A stretch of 30,386 bases of DNA, taken from positions 1-30,386 of IMG/VR virus record IMGVR_UViG_3300001881_000108, one strand, 5' to 3'. Source of the DNA: a virus (lineage: Duplodnaviria; Caudoviricetes). This document shows, piece after piece, positions 16,644 through 24,792 of the stretch. The notes under the pieces are model-generated. The model did not search any database. It worked only from the letters and a program-made list of their open reading frames with translations, and had not been told where the DNA came from. The position numbers and the translations under genes are program-made. The first letter of the stretch is position 1, and each line of letters opens with the position of its first letter.

Positions 16644-16762
16644 CGAGCAGGATAAGGGGATGGTTAGCCAAGAAGAAATGAACTGTACGGAAGAAGCGTA
16701 CAGTTGGGGCAAAGCAAAATTGAGCGCACGGCTAACCATTCCCACTTGATTAGGCGTTATGC
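16638..16762 (-). other. attC-like recombination site 2 (125 bp)
   Basis: GCTTAAC-n6-GATAAGGGGATGGTTAGCC...GGCTAACCATTCCCACTTGATT-AGGC-GTTATGC. Confidence 0.8.
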
Positions 16763-16785
16763 GACTTAGCGAACGGAGAGAAGAA

Positions 16786-16914
16786 ATGAGAACAATAACA
16801 CCAACTAGAAAATGCCCTACCTGTGGCAAGGATCAGGGCACAGTAGTAGAACATGGCCCCATAGGAGGGTTGCAAATCGTATGGTCATGCCGACATTGCG
16901 GGAGGCGGGGATAG
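16786..16914 (+). CDS. Cassette gene: 42-aa Zn-ribbon protein
   Basis: MRTITPTRKCPTCG...WSCRHCGRRG; GGAG RBS; stops just before the next core site. Confidence 0.55.
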   Translation: MRTITPTRKCPTCGKDQGTVVEHGPIGGLQIVWSCRHCGRRG

Positions 16915-16916
16915 GC

Positions 16917-17041
16917 GCATAACGAAACCGGATAACCGGCTTGCGTGAAATGAAATGACTAAAACACCTAAACAAACCAGAAAGGAAACGCCAGAAAACG
17001 CGCCCACAGTAAGCAAGTCCGCGTTAATTAAGGCGTTATGC
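16917..17041 (-). other. attC-like recombination site 3 (125 bp)
   Basis: GCATAAC-n7-GATAACCGGCTTGC...GCAAGTCCGCGTTAATT-AAGGC-GTTATGC. Confidence 0.82.
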
Positions 17042-17057
17042 CACAGGAGGCCCAGCG

Positions 17058-17555
17058 TTGAGCGGATTGTTTGGAGAGGATATAGAACGGCCAAAATTCA
17101 AAAGTGTGGAATGGTACACGCCAAAGTGGGTTTTCGACGCGTTGGGTGTTGACTTTGATCTGGATCCTGCCAGCCCGCACGATATGGAATCGGCGGTACC
17201 AGCAAAAACCAAGTACACCAAATTTGATAACGGCCTCAAAAAACCTTGGTTCGGTCGAGTCTGGCTAAATCCTCCGTATGGGCCAGACACGGGAGTGTGG
17301 ATCCGCAGGATGATGCAGCATGGTAATGGCATTGCTCTTGTATTCAGCCGCACCGATGCGGCGTGGTGCCAAGATGCTATGCGATCGGCGTCGGCTATGC
17401 TTTTCGTTGCTGGGCGGATTGATTTTGTGCCAGGCATAGAAAACCAGCACAAAAAGAGTAGATGCGGAGCCGGTACCGTTATTTTTGCGTGGGGAACCGA
17501 TTGCGTACAGGCGTTGCGGCGGATGGGCGATCGCGGAATATTGATTGGGGCATAA
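17058..17555 (+). CDS. Cassette gene: phage DNA N6-adenine methyltransferase (phage Dam-like)
   Basis: 'EWYTP', 'FDLDPAS', catalytic 'WLNPPYG', 'SRTDAAW'; AGGAGG RBS; TAA inside the GCATAAC core. Confidence 0.88.
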   Translation: MSGLFGEDIERPKFKSVEWYTPKWVFDALGVDFDLDPASPHDMESAVPAKTKYTKFDNGLKKPWFGRVWLNPPYGPDTGVWIRRMMQHGNGIALVFSRTDAAWCQDAMRSASAMLFVAGRIDFVPGIENQHKKSRCGAGTVIFAWGTDCVQALRRMGDRGILIGA

Positions 17556-17679
17556 CCAACGTGATAACCGGGTTGGTGGAGCCGAAGAGGCGGACCCGGC
17601 ATATCTCATAACTGACGACTACGATACGGACTGAAACAAGGAGCGTCCACCAACTCCGAGTTGATTGAGCCCGTTAGAG
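17550..17679 (-). other. attC-like recombination site 4 (130 bp)
   Basis: GCATAAC-n6-GATAACCGGGTTGGTGGA...TCCACCAACTCCGAGTTGATT-GAGCCC-GTTAGAG. Confidence 0.82.
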
Positions 17680-17695
17680 GGCAGGAGGCTCTAAT

Positions 17696-18019
17696 ATGGA
17701 TGTAAAAATATTGGTTCCCACCGGAACAGACATTAGCAAAATTGAGGCTGAATACCCTGATATTTACCAGGATGACGCCGATTGCGACGGCTACGATATT
17801 TATTTCGTCGGGAAAAGCAGTGACGACGAGGATAACGATCGAGACAGCGAAAACGAGTGGATGACGTGGGATGAATCTCTTGCCTGTTGCGGATTTGTCG
17901 AGGGAGTTTCCCCCGGATCGGAAACAGCTATGGAGGGAAGTGGCGAATGGGCAATGGCAAAAGCCCGTAAAACCGACATATATAAAGCGGCGTTTGATCG
18001 TGGTAAAGCGTCCATCTAA
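17696..18019 (+). CDS. Cassette gene: 107-aa highly acidic protein
   Basis: AGGAGG RBS; D/E-rich; TAA inside the ATCTAAC core. Confidence 0.7.
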   Translation: MDVKILVPTGTDISKIEAEYPDIYQDDADCDGYDIYFVGKSSDDEDNDRDSENEWMTWDESLACCGFVEGVSPGSETAMEGSGEWAMAKARKTDIYKAAFDRGKASI

Positions 18020-18148
18020 CATCCCGTGATAACCGGCTGTATTGGAAAGGAGACGAATGTGATAGGACCCGCGGGGTTTATGCAGGCACCCAATACCCAT
18101 GAAAATAGACGCAGCCCAATACAGTCCGCGTTGATTAAGGCGTTGGGA
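18014..18148 (-). other. attC-like recombination site 5 (135 bp)
   Basis: ATCTAAC-n7-GATAACCGGCTGTATTGG...CCAATACAGTCCGCGTTGATT-AAGGC-GTTGGGA. Confidence 0.82.
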
Positions 18149-18301
18149 GACGATTACGAGCAAAGATTGCGTGAACGATATAACTGCACCGCTGGTGCTG
18201 CAAGCGGCTGGTGTGATGGCACAAAGCGTGGAACAAGGATGCGCTGCCCAGAACTGATACGCTGTAAAAACGGAGAGACCGCTTGCGAGTATGCGCTGTA
18301 G
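18143..18301 (+). CDS. Possible cassette gene: small Cys-rich peptide (start uncertain)
   Basis: 3' part of ORF 18026..18301; fills the interval between GTTGGGAGAC and its complement GTCTCCCAAC. Confidence 0.35.
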   Translation: MGDDYEQRLRERYNCTAGAASGWCDGTKRGTRMRCPELIRCKNGETACEYAL

Positions 18302-18330
18302 TCTCCCAACGAGTATTAGGCCCCCTAATT
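18301..18330 (-). other. Lone core site closing the cassette array (attI-like)
   Basis: Minus strand GCCTAAT-ACTC-GTTGGGAGAC; no attC arms follow. Confidence 0.5.
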
Positions 18331-18376
18331 TTTGATAAATACGACACATTGACCACATAACCGATAACAGCCACAT

Positions 18377-18430
18377 AAAGCGACAAGGGCCACAGTTTAA
18401 CCACCGTGGCCCTTGTCGCTTTTCTGCTTT
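18377..18430 (+). terminator. Intrinsic terminator-like hairpin
   Basis: 17-bp stem AAAGCGACAAGGGCCAC/GTGGCCCTTGTCGCTTT, 12-nt loop, T-rich tail. Confidence 0.7.
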
Positions 18431-18443
18431 ATGAAAATATTTT

Positions 18444-18472
18444 GTCAACCTCGTCAACCTCGTCCACCTCGT
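18444..18472 (+). promoter_or_regulatory. Three tandem 9-bp direct repeats upstream of the head operon
   Basis: GTCAACCTC GTCAACCTC GTCCACCTC GT, ~40 bp before the first head gene. Confidence 0.55.
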
Positions 18473-18510
18473 AAATGACCAGCCCCTTATTGCCATGTTA
18501 ACCCTCACAC

Positions 18511-18744
18511 ATGGCAATATTCACGCTCGAAGAAATAGCCGATCAAATGACGGTATGGAAAGAGGCTCTGCGGGTCACCTCTGGTGGTCAATCTTTCCGG
18601 ATGACGTCCGGCGGCACTGACAGAACCCTCACTATGTCAGATCTGCCTGAAATCAGAATCACCCTCCAGTGGCTGGAAGCTGAGCGTCGTGGCCTGACTG
18701 GGAAGCGCGGTCCGGTTTCAATTATTGCGAGGCCTGCCCGATGA
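18511..18744 (+). CDS. gpW-like head-tail joining protein
   Basis: 77 aa; 'SGGQSFRM...RTLTMSDLPEIR'; directly before the portal. Confidence 0.75.
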   Translation: MAIFTLEEIADQMTVWKEALRVTSGGQSFRMTSGGTDRTLTMSDLPEIRITLQWLEAERRGLTGKRGPVSIIARPAR

Positions 18745-20315
18745 AAAAGCCCCTGGTCCGTCTCAATACCATTGATAAGCTCATCGGCGTGTTCTCGCCT
18801 CAAGAGGCCTTTCGCCGTGGCCGTGCTCGCGCCGCGCTTGATTTTATGGCTGGCTCTGTATCACGCACAGCCGGTGGCAGTAAAGGCACACTCTCAAACT
18901 GGTTCACCCGCCGTATCAACAGATTTTCTGAAGAGCGCGAAAGGGTCAGCATAACTGATCGTGCTGGCGATCTGGTCGCAAACAACCCACATGCCGCCTC
19001 AATCATAGACAGCAGCACGCTTAATACCGTTGGTGGTAAGGGCCTTGTTCCGCAGTCTCGTCCCAACTTCAAGATTTTGGGAATAACCGAAGCCCAGGCA
19101 GAAGATATTGCAGAACAGGCAGAATACTGGTTCGGCATCTGGTCAACTGAATGTGATGCAGAGGGCATTTGTTCGTTCCCCGAAATGCAGTACCAGTCCG
19201 CCTATTCCCTGTTCAAAAACGGTGAATATCTGAACCTGCCCGTGCAGATGGATGTCGGTGTAGATCGCCACTTTTCCTTTGCCCTGCAGGCCCTTGATAA
19301 CCTCCGGCTGCGTACTCCTCGTGATATGCGTAACGATAAAGATGTTCGGGACGGCATCCGCCTGGGTAACCACAACCAGCCTCTAACCTACTACATCGCA
19401 GATCCTGATGACGGCAGGCTTACCACTAACCTGCAGTCACAAAGTTTTCAGGACATAGCTGCCCGCCGTGGTCACCAGCCAAATATATTCCATGGATTCC
19501 ACAAAAAAGATGCAGAGCAGGTTCGCGGCGTATCTATCCTGGCCCCCATTACCAAGCTGTTTAAGGATTACGACGATTATATTGACTTCCACATTGTGGG
19601 CGAGATCCTCGCCGCTTCGTTCCCGGTATTTATCGAGACACCGTTAAGCGAAGAACCGGAAGACTTCACCGGTGATGATGTTAAAACCAACCGCTCCGGC
19701 CAACGGATTAAAACCGTTAATCCCGGTACCGTAACCTATGGCGAAGTGGGCCAAAAACCGCACATTCTAAAATCAGAGCGGTCTCAGGGTTTCGGCGTAT
19801 TCCTTGAAACCGTCCTGCGCGCCCTGGGTGCCGGTGCTGGCCTGCCCTATGAGATAGTCGCAAAGGATTTCAGCAAAACAAACTACTCCTCTGCCCGGGC
19901 GGCCATGTTGGAAGCCTACCGCGTTTTCTGCTTTTACCAAGCGCTGTTGGAAACAAAATTTTGCCAGCCGGTCTGGGCAATGGTCTTTGAAGAAGCCTGG
20001 TTGCGTGGGCGGATCAAACTGCCCAAGTCTGCACCTGATTTTTACACTGCCCGTGCTGCCTATACTAACGCCAAGTGGACTCCTCCAAAGCGTGGCTCTA
20101 TTGATCCAGTCAAAGAGGTTGCCGCCGGTAAAGAGGCCATTATCAGCAACATGGGCACCCTGGCTGATTGGTATGCAGAGCAAGGACAAGATTGGCAAGA
20201 GGCGCTACGGCAGATTGCCAGAGAGCGGAAGTTAATGACTGACCTGGGTCTTACCATGGCCGATCTGCCCGGATTCGATCTGGGAAAACTGGCAACCCAG
20301 CCAGACCACCAGTAG
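18741..20315 (+). CDS. Portal protein, lambda family
   Basis: 'RAGDLVANNPHA', 'EQVRGVSILAP', 'DFSKTNYSSARAAMLE', 'IDPVKEV'. Confidence 0.93.
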   Translation: MKKPLVRLNTIDKLIGVFSPQEAFRRGRARAALDFMAGSVSRTAGGSKGTLSNWFTRRINRFSEERERVSITDRAGDLVANNPHAASIIDSSTLNTVGGKGLVPQSRPNFKILGITEAQAEDIAEQAEYWFGIWSTECDAEGICSFPEMQYQSAYSLFKNGEYLNLPVQMDVGVDRHFSFALQALDNLRLRTPRDMRNDKDVRDGIRLGNHNQPLTYYIADPDDGRLTTNLQSQSFQDIAARRGHQPNIFHGFHKKDAEQVRGVSILAPITKLFKDYDDYIDFHIVGEILAASFPVFIETPLSEEPEDFTGDDVKTNRSGQRIKTVNPGTVTYGEVGQKPHILKSERSQGFGVFLETVLRALGAGAGLPYEIVAKDFSKTNYSSARAAMLEAYRVFCFYQALLETKFCQPVWAMVFEEAWLRGRIKLPKSAPDFYTARAAYTNAKWTPPKRGSIDPVKEVAAGKEAIISNMGTLADWYAEQGQDWQEALRQIARERKLMTDLGLTMADLPGFDLGKLATQPDHQ

Positions 20316-20323
20316 AGGACACA

Positions 20324-21787
20324 ATGAGACTAGCAGACATCATAAACGGACCCTGGGCCATAACCGGCGATATGCACCGCGAAATTCAGGACATCTACAG
20401 ATCGAAGCGCCTTGATTCTGCAGACCTGAAAACCACCCTGGAAGGCCTCGCCATCACTAAGCGTGATCCCCTTGCTGGCGCTGCCATCGTTGCAGCCAGC
20501 GCAGGCCGTAAAACTGAAAGCCGCGGCACCTACACCGTGGTTGATAATGTGGCCATCATCCCTGTGCATGATGTCATTTCCAAGCGGATGAACATGTTCA
20601 TGGAAATCTGCGGTGGCACCTCAACACAAATTCTGTCCCGTGATTTTGCAGCTGCACAGAATGATCCATCAATCAAGGGTGTGCTGCTCTACGGCGATAC
20701 TCCAGGCGGCACGGTAGACGGCACCATGGAGGCCGCTGACATAATCACAGCATATCGCGGCAACAAGCCAACCATAGCTTTCACTGACGGCATGATAGCA
20801 TCAGCAGGCATTTGGTTGCTGGCTGGTGCAGATGAAATCTACATATCCAGCGACACCAACCCCATCGGGTCAATCGGTGTCGTAGCTGCCCACGTTGATG
20901 TCTCAAAGCGTGAAGAAATGTGGGGGCGGAAGATCACCGAAATAACTGCTGGCGACTACAAGCGGATTGCCAGCAACTACGCCCCGCTCACTGCTGAAGG
21001 CCGCGCCCAGATCCAGGCAGATCTGGATTACATCTACACCGCGTTTGTCAATCATGTAGCCGCCATGCGTGGGCTAGATGTAGCAGACCACGAATCCTGG
21101 GCAAATGGCCGTGTATTCCTGGGTAAACAGGCCATGGCTGCCGGTCTGGCAGACGGTATCTCAACCATGGATGAACTCATAAACAGGCTTTCCAGCGGTC
21201 AAGGCCGCGTAACTCAAAAGCAGCAACAACGTAAAGCCGTGGCCACCAGCCCGGCGACACTCTCACAGGAGGAAAAGGACATGGATGCTAAGAAGCTGAA
21301 GGAAGAGTATCCCGGTGTCGTCGCGGAAATTGAACAAGCGGCGCGTGCGGGGATGGTTGAACAAGCCAAGGTCACAGAAGAAAAAGACCGTGTAGTTGCT
21401 CTGGCAGCTGCTGCATTTGGTGAAGAAGCAGGCGCAAAATTCGGGGCTGTAGTTGACAAAGGTCTGTCTGCAGACGACCTGAAAACTCTGGGCATTAGCT
21501 TTGCCACAACGCAGGCAGCAGATAGCGGTGTTGACAAAGAAAGCCGCGAACAGATCCTGGGCGCGCTCAAGGACGGTGGCAACCAGCCGGTGGGCAAGCT
21601 GAATGAAAAAGACAAGGCAGACGCAACCGGTGGTTTTGCAGACAAAGTTGCTGCCTATGCACGTGAAAACAAAATCAGCCAGTCAGAGGCAATCAAGGCC
21701 TGCCGAAAGTCAGACCCTAAAGGGTATGCCGCCTGGATCGATGACGCCAACGCCAACCCCGCCGCCGAATCTGGCGACGAAGAATAA
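20324..21787 (+). CDS. Head maturation protease (S49/gpC-like) with C-terminal scaffold
   Basis: 'DTPGGTVDG', 'MIASAGIWL', 'IGSIGVV'; low-complexity helical C-terminus. Confidence 0.9.
   Translation: MRLADIINGPWAITGDMHREIQDIYRSKRLDSADLKTTLEGLAITKRDPLAGAAIVAASAGRKTESRGTYTVVDNVAIIPVHDVISKRMNMFMEICGGTSTQILSRDFAAAQNDPSIKGVLLYGDTPGGTVDGTMEAADIITAYRGNKPTIAFTDGMIASAGIWLLAGADEIYISSDTNPIGSIGVVAAHVDVSKREEMWGRKITEITAGDYKRIASNYAPLTAEGRAQIQADLDYIYTAFVNHVAAMRGLDVADHESWANGRVFLGKQAMAAGLADGISTMDELINRLSSGQGRVTQKQQQRKAVATSPATLSQEEKDMDAKKLKEEYPGVVAEIEQAARAGMVEQAKVTEEKDRVVALAAAAFGEEAGAKFGAVVDKGLSADDLKTLGISFATTQAADSGVDKESREQILGALKDGGNQPVGKLNEKDKADATGGFADKVAAYARENKISQSEAIKACRKSDPKGYAAWIDDANANPAAESGDEE
21281..21787 (+). 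CDS. Nested in-frame scaffold protein (Nu3-like)
   Basis: Internal AGGAGG-n8-ATG, in frame with the protease, as for lambda C/Nu3. Confidence 0.55.
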   Translation: MDAKKLKEEYPGVVAEIEQAARAGMVEQAKVTEEKDRVVALAAAAFGEEAGAKFGAVVDKGLSADDLKTLGISFATTQAADSGVDKESREQILGALKDGGNQPVGKLNEKDKADATGGFADKVAAYARENKISQSEAIKACRKSDPKGYAAWIDDANANPAAESGDEE

Positions 21788-21807
21788 ACCAAACAGGAGA
21801 CAAAACC

Positions 21808-22188
21808 ATGCAAGTCAACGGACCTAAAACATACACAGCAGGCGAAGCCCTGGAAGAAAAGCGCCTGGTTAAACTCTCTGCTGCTGGCACCGTATCCTAT
21901 GCTGATGCAGCTGACGATGCCATTGGTGTCAACGACTACGGCGTACTGATCGGCGAGCCCTGCGCAGTAAACGGCCTCTGTGGTTGCGAGACCCGCGAGA
22001 TTACCGCTGCTGATGCAATCACTGTCAATGCCGATGTCTACCAGGCTGCAGACGGCAAAATTCAGGCCCTGCCGGTTGCTGCTGGCACTTACCACCGTAT
22101 TGGTAAAGCCCTGGAAGCTGCAGCCGGTGCCGACAGCATTATTGAGGTTCTGCCGTATCGTACCGGCGAAACCGTAACCGTATCCTAA
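21808..22188 (+). CDS. Capsid decoration/cement protein (DUF2190-like)
   Basis: Ala/Gly-rich 126 aa, 'IGKALEAAAGADSIIEV'; between protease and capsid. Confidence 0.7.
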   Translation: MQVNGPKTYTAGEALEEKRLVKLSAAGTVSYADAADDAIGVNDYGVLIGEPCAVNGLCGCETREITAADAITVNADVYQAADGKIQALPVAAGTYHRIGKALEAAAGADSIIEVLPYRTGETVTVS

Positions 22189-22212
22189 TAACTCCCCAGG
22201 AGGAAACACATC

Positions 22213-23178
22213 ATGTCTGGAAGACTTAAAACAAACACAACCATCCGCCCTGATCTGGGCGCGCTCGCCTATGAATTTTACATGGAGTCCGCAACATCAG
22301 GCTTCATCGGACTGGAGCTGTTCCCGGTCTTTGAGACCGCTAAAAAAACAGCTACCTTTCCCACCATCACTGCCAAGTCAATGCTCTCTACTCCAGAAAC
22401 CAAGCGCGCCGCCCGCTCTGCCTATGGACGGTCAGATTATGTCCTGGATGAAGGCAACTACAACTGTAGCAACCACGGTTGGGAAGAGCCGGTAGATGAT
22501 GAAGAGCGCGAGCTGTACGCCGATTATTTTGATGCAGAAGAAATTGCCACCCAGCGCGCCACTGGCATTGTGCTGCGTTCACAGGAAATCCGCATTAAAA
22601 ACAAGGCCCTCGACACCAGCGTCATTCACAACGGTGCTGCTGGCGTCAAGTGGGATACCATTGCCACCGCAGATCCTAAATCAGATGTACAGGATGCTGT
22701 AGAGCTGATCCGTAAGCGTACCGGCCTGCTGGCAAACACTATCGCAATGAGCCGCACCCGCTTCCTCAAGCTACTTAACACCACAAAGTTCCTGGAAGCC
22801 ATGAAGTACACTGTTGCCATCCAGGCCCAACCTTTTGAGGTGCAACGTCAAGCTGTCGCCCTGTATCTGGGCATTGACAAACTTCTTATCGCCGGTGGCA
22901 TCTACGACAAAAACCAGAAAGGCAAAGCCGTTGATCCTGATGACATCTGGGCAGCTGATAAGGTTGTGGTCTGCCGTACCGCTTCACCCGGCTCCAAGGA
23001 CCTGAAAGAGCCCTGCATCGGCAGGACATTCCTCTGGACCCGGATGACGCCAAACAACATCACCACGGACACCTACCGCGAAGATCAGACCGAAAGCGAT
23101 ATCTACCGCGTTAAGGCCTACACCGACGAACAGCACATGTTTACCGGTGCTGCAGAAATCATCACCGGACTGGTGTAG
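22213..23178 (+). CDS. Major capsid protein
   Basis: 321 aa, AGGAGG RBS, 'KWDTIATADPKSDV', 'IGRTFLW'; synteny. Confidence 0.8.
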   Translation: MSGRLKTNTTIRPDLGALAYEFYMESATSGFIGLELFPVFETAKKTATFPTITAKSMLSTPETKRAARSAYGRSDYVLDEGNYNCSNHGWEEPVDDEERELYADYFDAEEIATQRATGIVLRSQEIRIKNKALDTSVIHNGAAGVKWDTIATADPKSDVQDAVELIRKRTGLLANTIAMSRTRFLKLLNTTKFLEAMKYTVAIQAQPFEVQRQAVALYLGIDKLLIAGGIYDKNQKGKAVDPDDIWAADKVVVCRTASPGSKDLKEPCIGRTFLWTRMTPNNITTDTYREDQTESDIYRVKAYTDEQHMFTGAAEIITGLV

Positions 23179-23181
23179 TCC

Positions 23182-23496
23182 GTGGGGTTTAACGACCTCA
23201 TAGCCTTTGGCGACCGCTCTATGTTGCAGGTGTTCGGCGAACCCTGCACCCTGCAACATAGAGCAACCCGCCGCCCGGTCACCGCCATTGTCTCAGACAT
23301 CAACGAGCCTGGCAGCGTGTTAACTGGCGAAGGGCCAGTGGAAGAACACAGCATTGAAGTATCAGTAGCAGACGCAGCAGGTGTTAACACAGACTGGACC
23401 GCCACCGTCCAGGCAACCGGCATCACCCGCCCGGTGTTGTGGGTATCATCATCAAATGCCGGGTTTGTCAAAATCATCCTGGGGGCTGCAGTATGA
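23182..23496 (+). CDS. Head-closure / head-tail connector protein
   Basis: ~100-aa beta-rich ORF right after the capsid gene; mostly synteny. Confidence 0.55.
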   Translation: MGFNDLIAFGDRSMLQVFGEPCTLQHRATRRPVTAIVSDINEPGSVLTGEGPVEEHSIEVSVADAAGVNTDWTATVQATGITRPVLWVSSSNAGFVKIILGAAV

Positions 23497-23939
23497 GCAC
23501 CGTAACCTACAGTCAGATTGTGCAGCACATGGTGGCCACCATGGCCAACCTGCTGCCGGTAAAGCACAAGGCCAGCGTCATTGCCTGGCCGGATCGCCCC
23601 GATGATCTGACTGAACAGAAGCTGGAAAAAGATCACCCGCAGGGCTGCTATGCCGTGCGGTATCTGAAATCAACTGCCAGTGAAACCGGCCATGAAACCG
23701 CTCTGTTTGGCGTGGTGCTGGTGGCAAATAGCTTTACCCGTGTGGGCAACATGGCGGCAACGGTAAAAATTGCCATGCAGGATGAAGTTTCGCCACTTGG
23801 CCAAAAGTACACCTTTGCCGGGGTAGAGCCTATTGAGCACCTGGCAGGCTGGGTAAGGGATACCGCAATATTCGCGGTTTCAAGAGGCAAACAGAGCATT
23901 ACCAACAAGGCCGCGTTGATCGCGGATCTTAACCTTTAA
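23493..23939 (+). CDS. Tail terminator/completion-like protein
   Basis: ATG 23493 overlaps the upstream stop; precedes the tail tube gene; synteny. Confidence 0.5.
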   Translation: MSTVTYSQIVQHMVATMANLLPVKHKASVIAWPDRPDDLTEQKLEKDHPQGCYAVRYLKSTASETGHETALFGVVLVANSFTRVGNMAATVKIAMQDEVSPLGQKYTFAGVEPIEHLAGWVRDTAIFAVSRGKQSITNKAALIADLNL

Positions 23940-23950
23940 GGAGAAAAACC

Positions 23951-24721
23951 ATGCAAGGACCATTGAGAGCAACAAAGTATTTCATGCCTCAAGGCCGGTT
24001 GATGATGGCGGAAAAAGACCCTACCACCGGCGAACCGATGGGCTTTATTCATGTTGGAAACGCCATTGATATCAAGGCCTCTCTCAACGTATCAACCATC
24101 GATAAGAAAGAGGCAATGACCGGTCAGTTTGGTCTGGCTGCCCAGTTTGAAAACGAAAAGGGCGTTAACTTTTCATTCACTCTGGAAAGTTTCCATGAAG
24201 AAAATCTGGCCATGGCATTGCGTGCCAACATTACAACTATTGCTGCGGGTACAGCCACTGATAAGCCCATCAAATTGTACAAGGGCAAAGAAATGGCCCT
24301 GCCGCATATCAAGGGTACGATAATCGAAATTACCTCTGAAGACGGCTCAACCACCTATGTAGCCGGTACCGATTACATCGCCTATGACAACTCTGTACTG
24401 GTGCCTGCTGCATCTGGAGCCCTTGCTACTGCCGACACCGGTAATGGCGTTGACGTGCTGGTCACCTACAGCTACCCCGCCCAAAAGAAAGTTGATTCAT
24501 TCACCACTGGCCAGAAAAGTTACTGGTTCTGGCTGGACGCAATTGACGCCGCTAACGACCTGGGCGTTAAGAGCTTCCACTTTTACAAAGTCAACCCGCA
24601 GCCACTGAAAGAGCTGCTGCTGATCTCAAGCGAGCCGGGGAATATCTCTATTGAAGGTGCTTGTATGCTGGATGAAACCCGTCCGGCCGGCACGTCAAAA
24701 TTCTTCAGCTACAGCGAGTAA
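23951..24721 (+). CDS. Major tail (tube) protein
   Basis: 'GFIHVGNA', 'FTLESFHEENLAMAL', 'ISIEGACMLD'; typical size; AGGAG RBS. Confidence 0.7.
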   Translation: MQGPLRATKYFMPQGRLMMAEKDPTTGEPMGFIHVGNAIDIKASLNVSTIDKKEAMTGQFGLAAQFENEKGVNFSFTLESFHEENLAMALRANITTIAAGTATDKPIKLYKGKEMALPHIKGTIIEITSEDGSTTYVAGTDYIAYDNSVLVPAASGALATADTGNGVDVLVTYSYPAQKKVDSFTTGQKSYWFWLDAIDAANDLGVKSFHFYKVNPQPLKELLLISSEPGNISIEGACMLDETRPAGTSKFFSYSE

Positions 24722-24734
24722 CCGATGCAGGCCA

Positions 24735-24760
24735 GCGGGGATGATTAAGATCATCCCCGC
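24735..24760. other. Perfect 11-bp hairpin after the tail tube gene
   Basis: GCGGGGATGAT-TAAG-ATCATCCCCGC; no U-tract on either strand. Confidence 0.5.
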
Positions 24761-24792
24761 GAACAAGCATTGATTAAAAAAGGCCCCAGCCC

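Noticed and set aside
16955-17152. ORFs starting inside attC sites (16955..17152 and the 5' part of 18026..18301) sharing 'SALIKAL'
   Set aside because: The shared peptide is just the translation of the conserved attC arm; the first ORF also overlaps the MTase out of frame.
16307-18148. Repeats read as a CRISPR array or REP/BIME elements
   Set aside because: Units are over 120 bp with variable centres, separated by whole genes and bounded by AAC/GTT cores; no cas genes.
17606-18517. 303-aa minus-strand ORF across the cassette array (candidate integrase)
   Set aside because: No tyrosine-recombinase R-H-R-H-Y motifs; it crosses two attC sites, a terminator and repeats; likely a shadow ORF.
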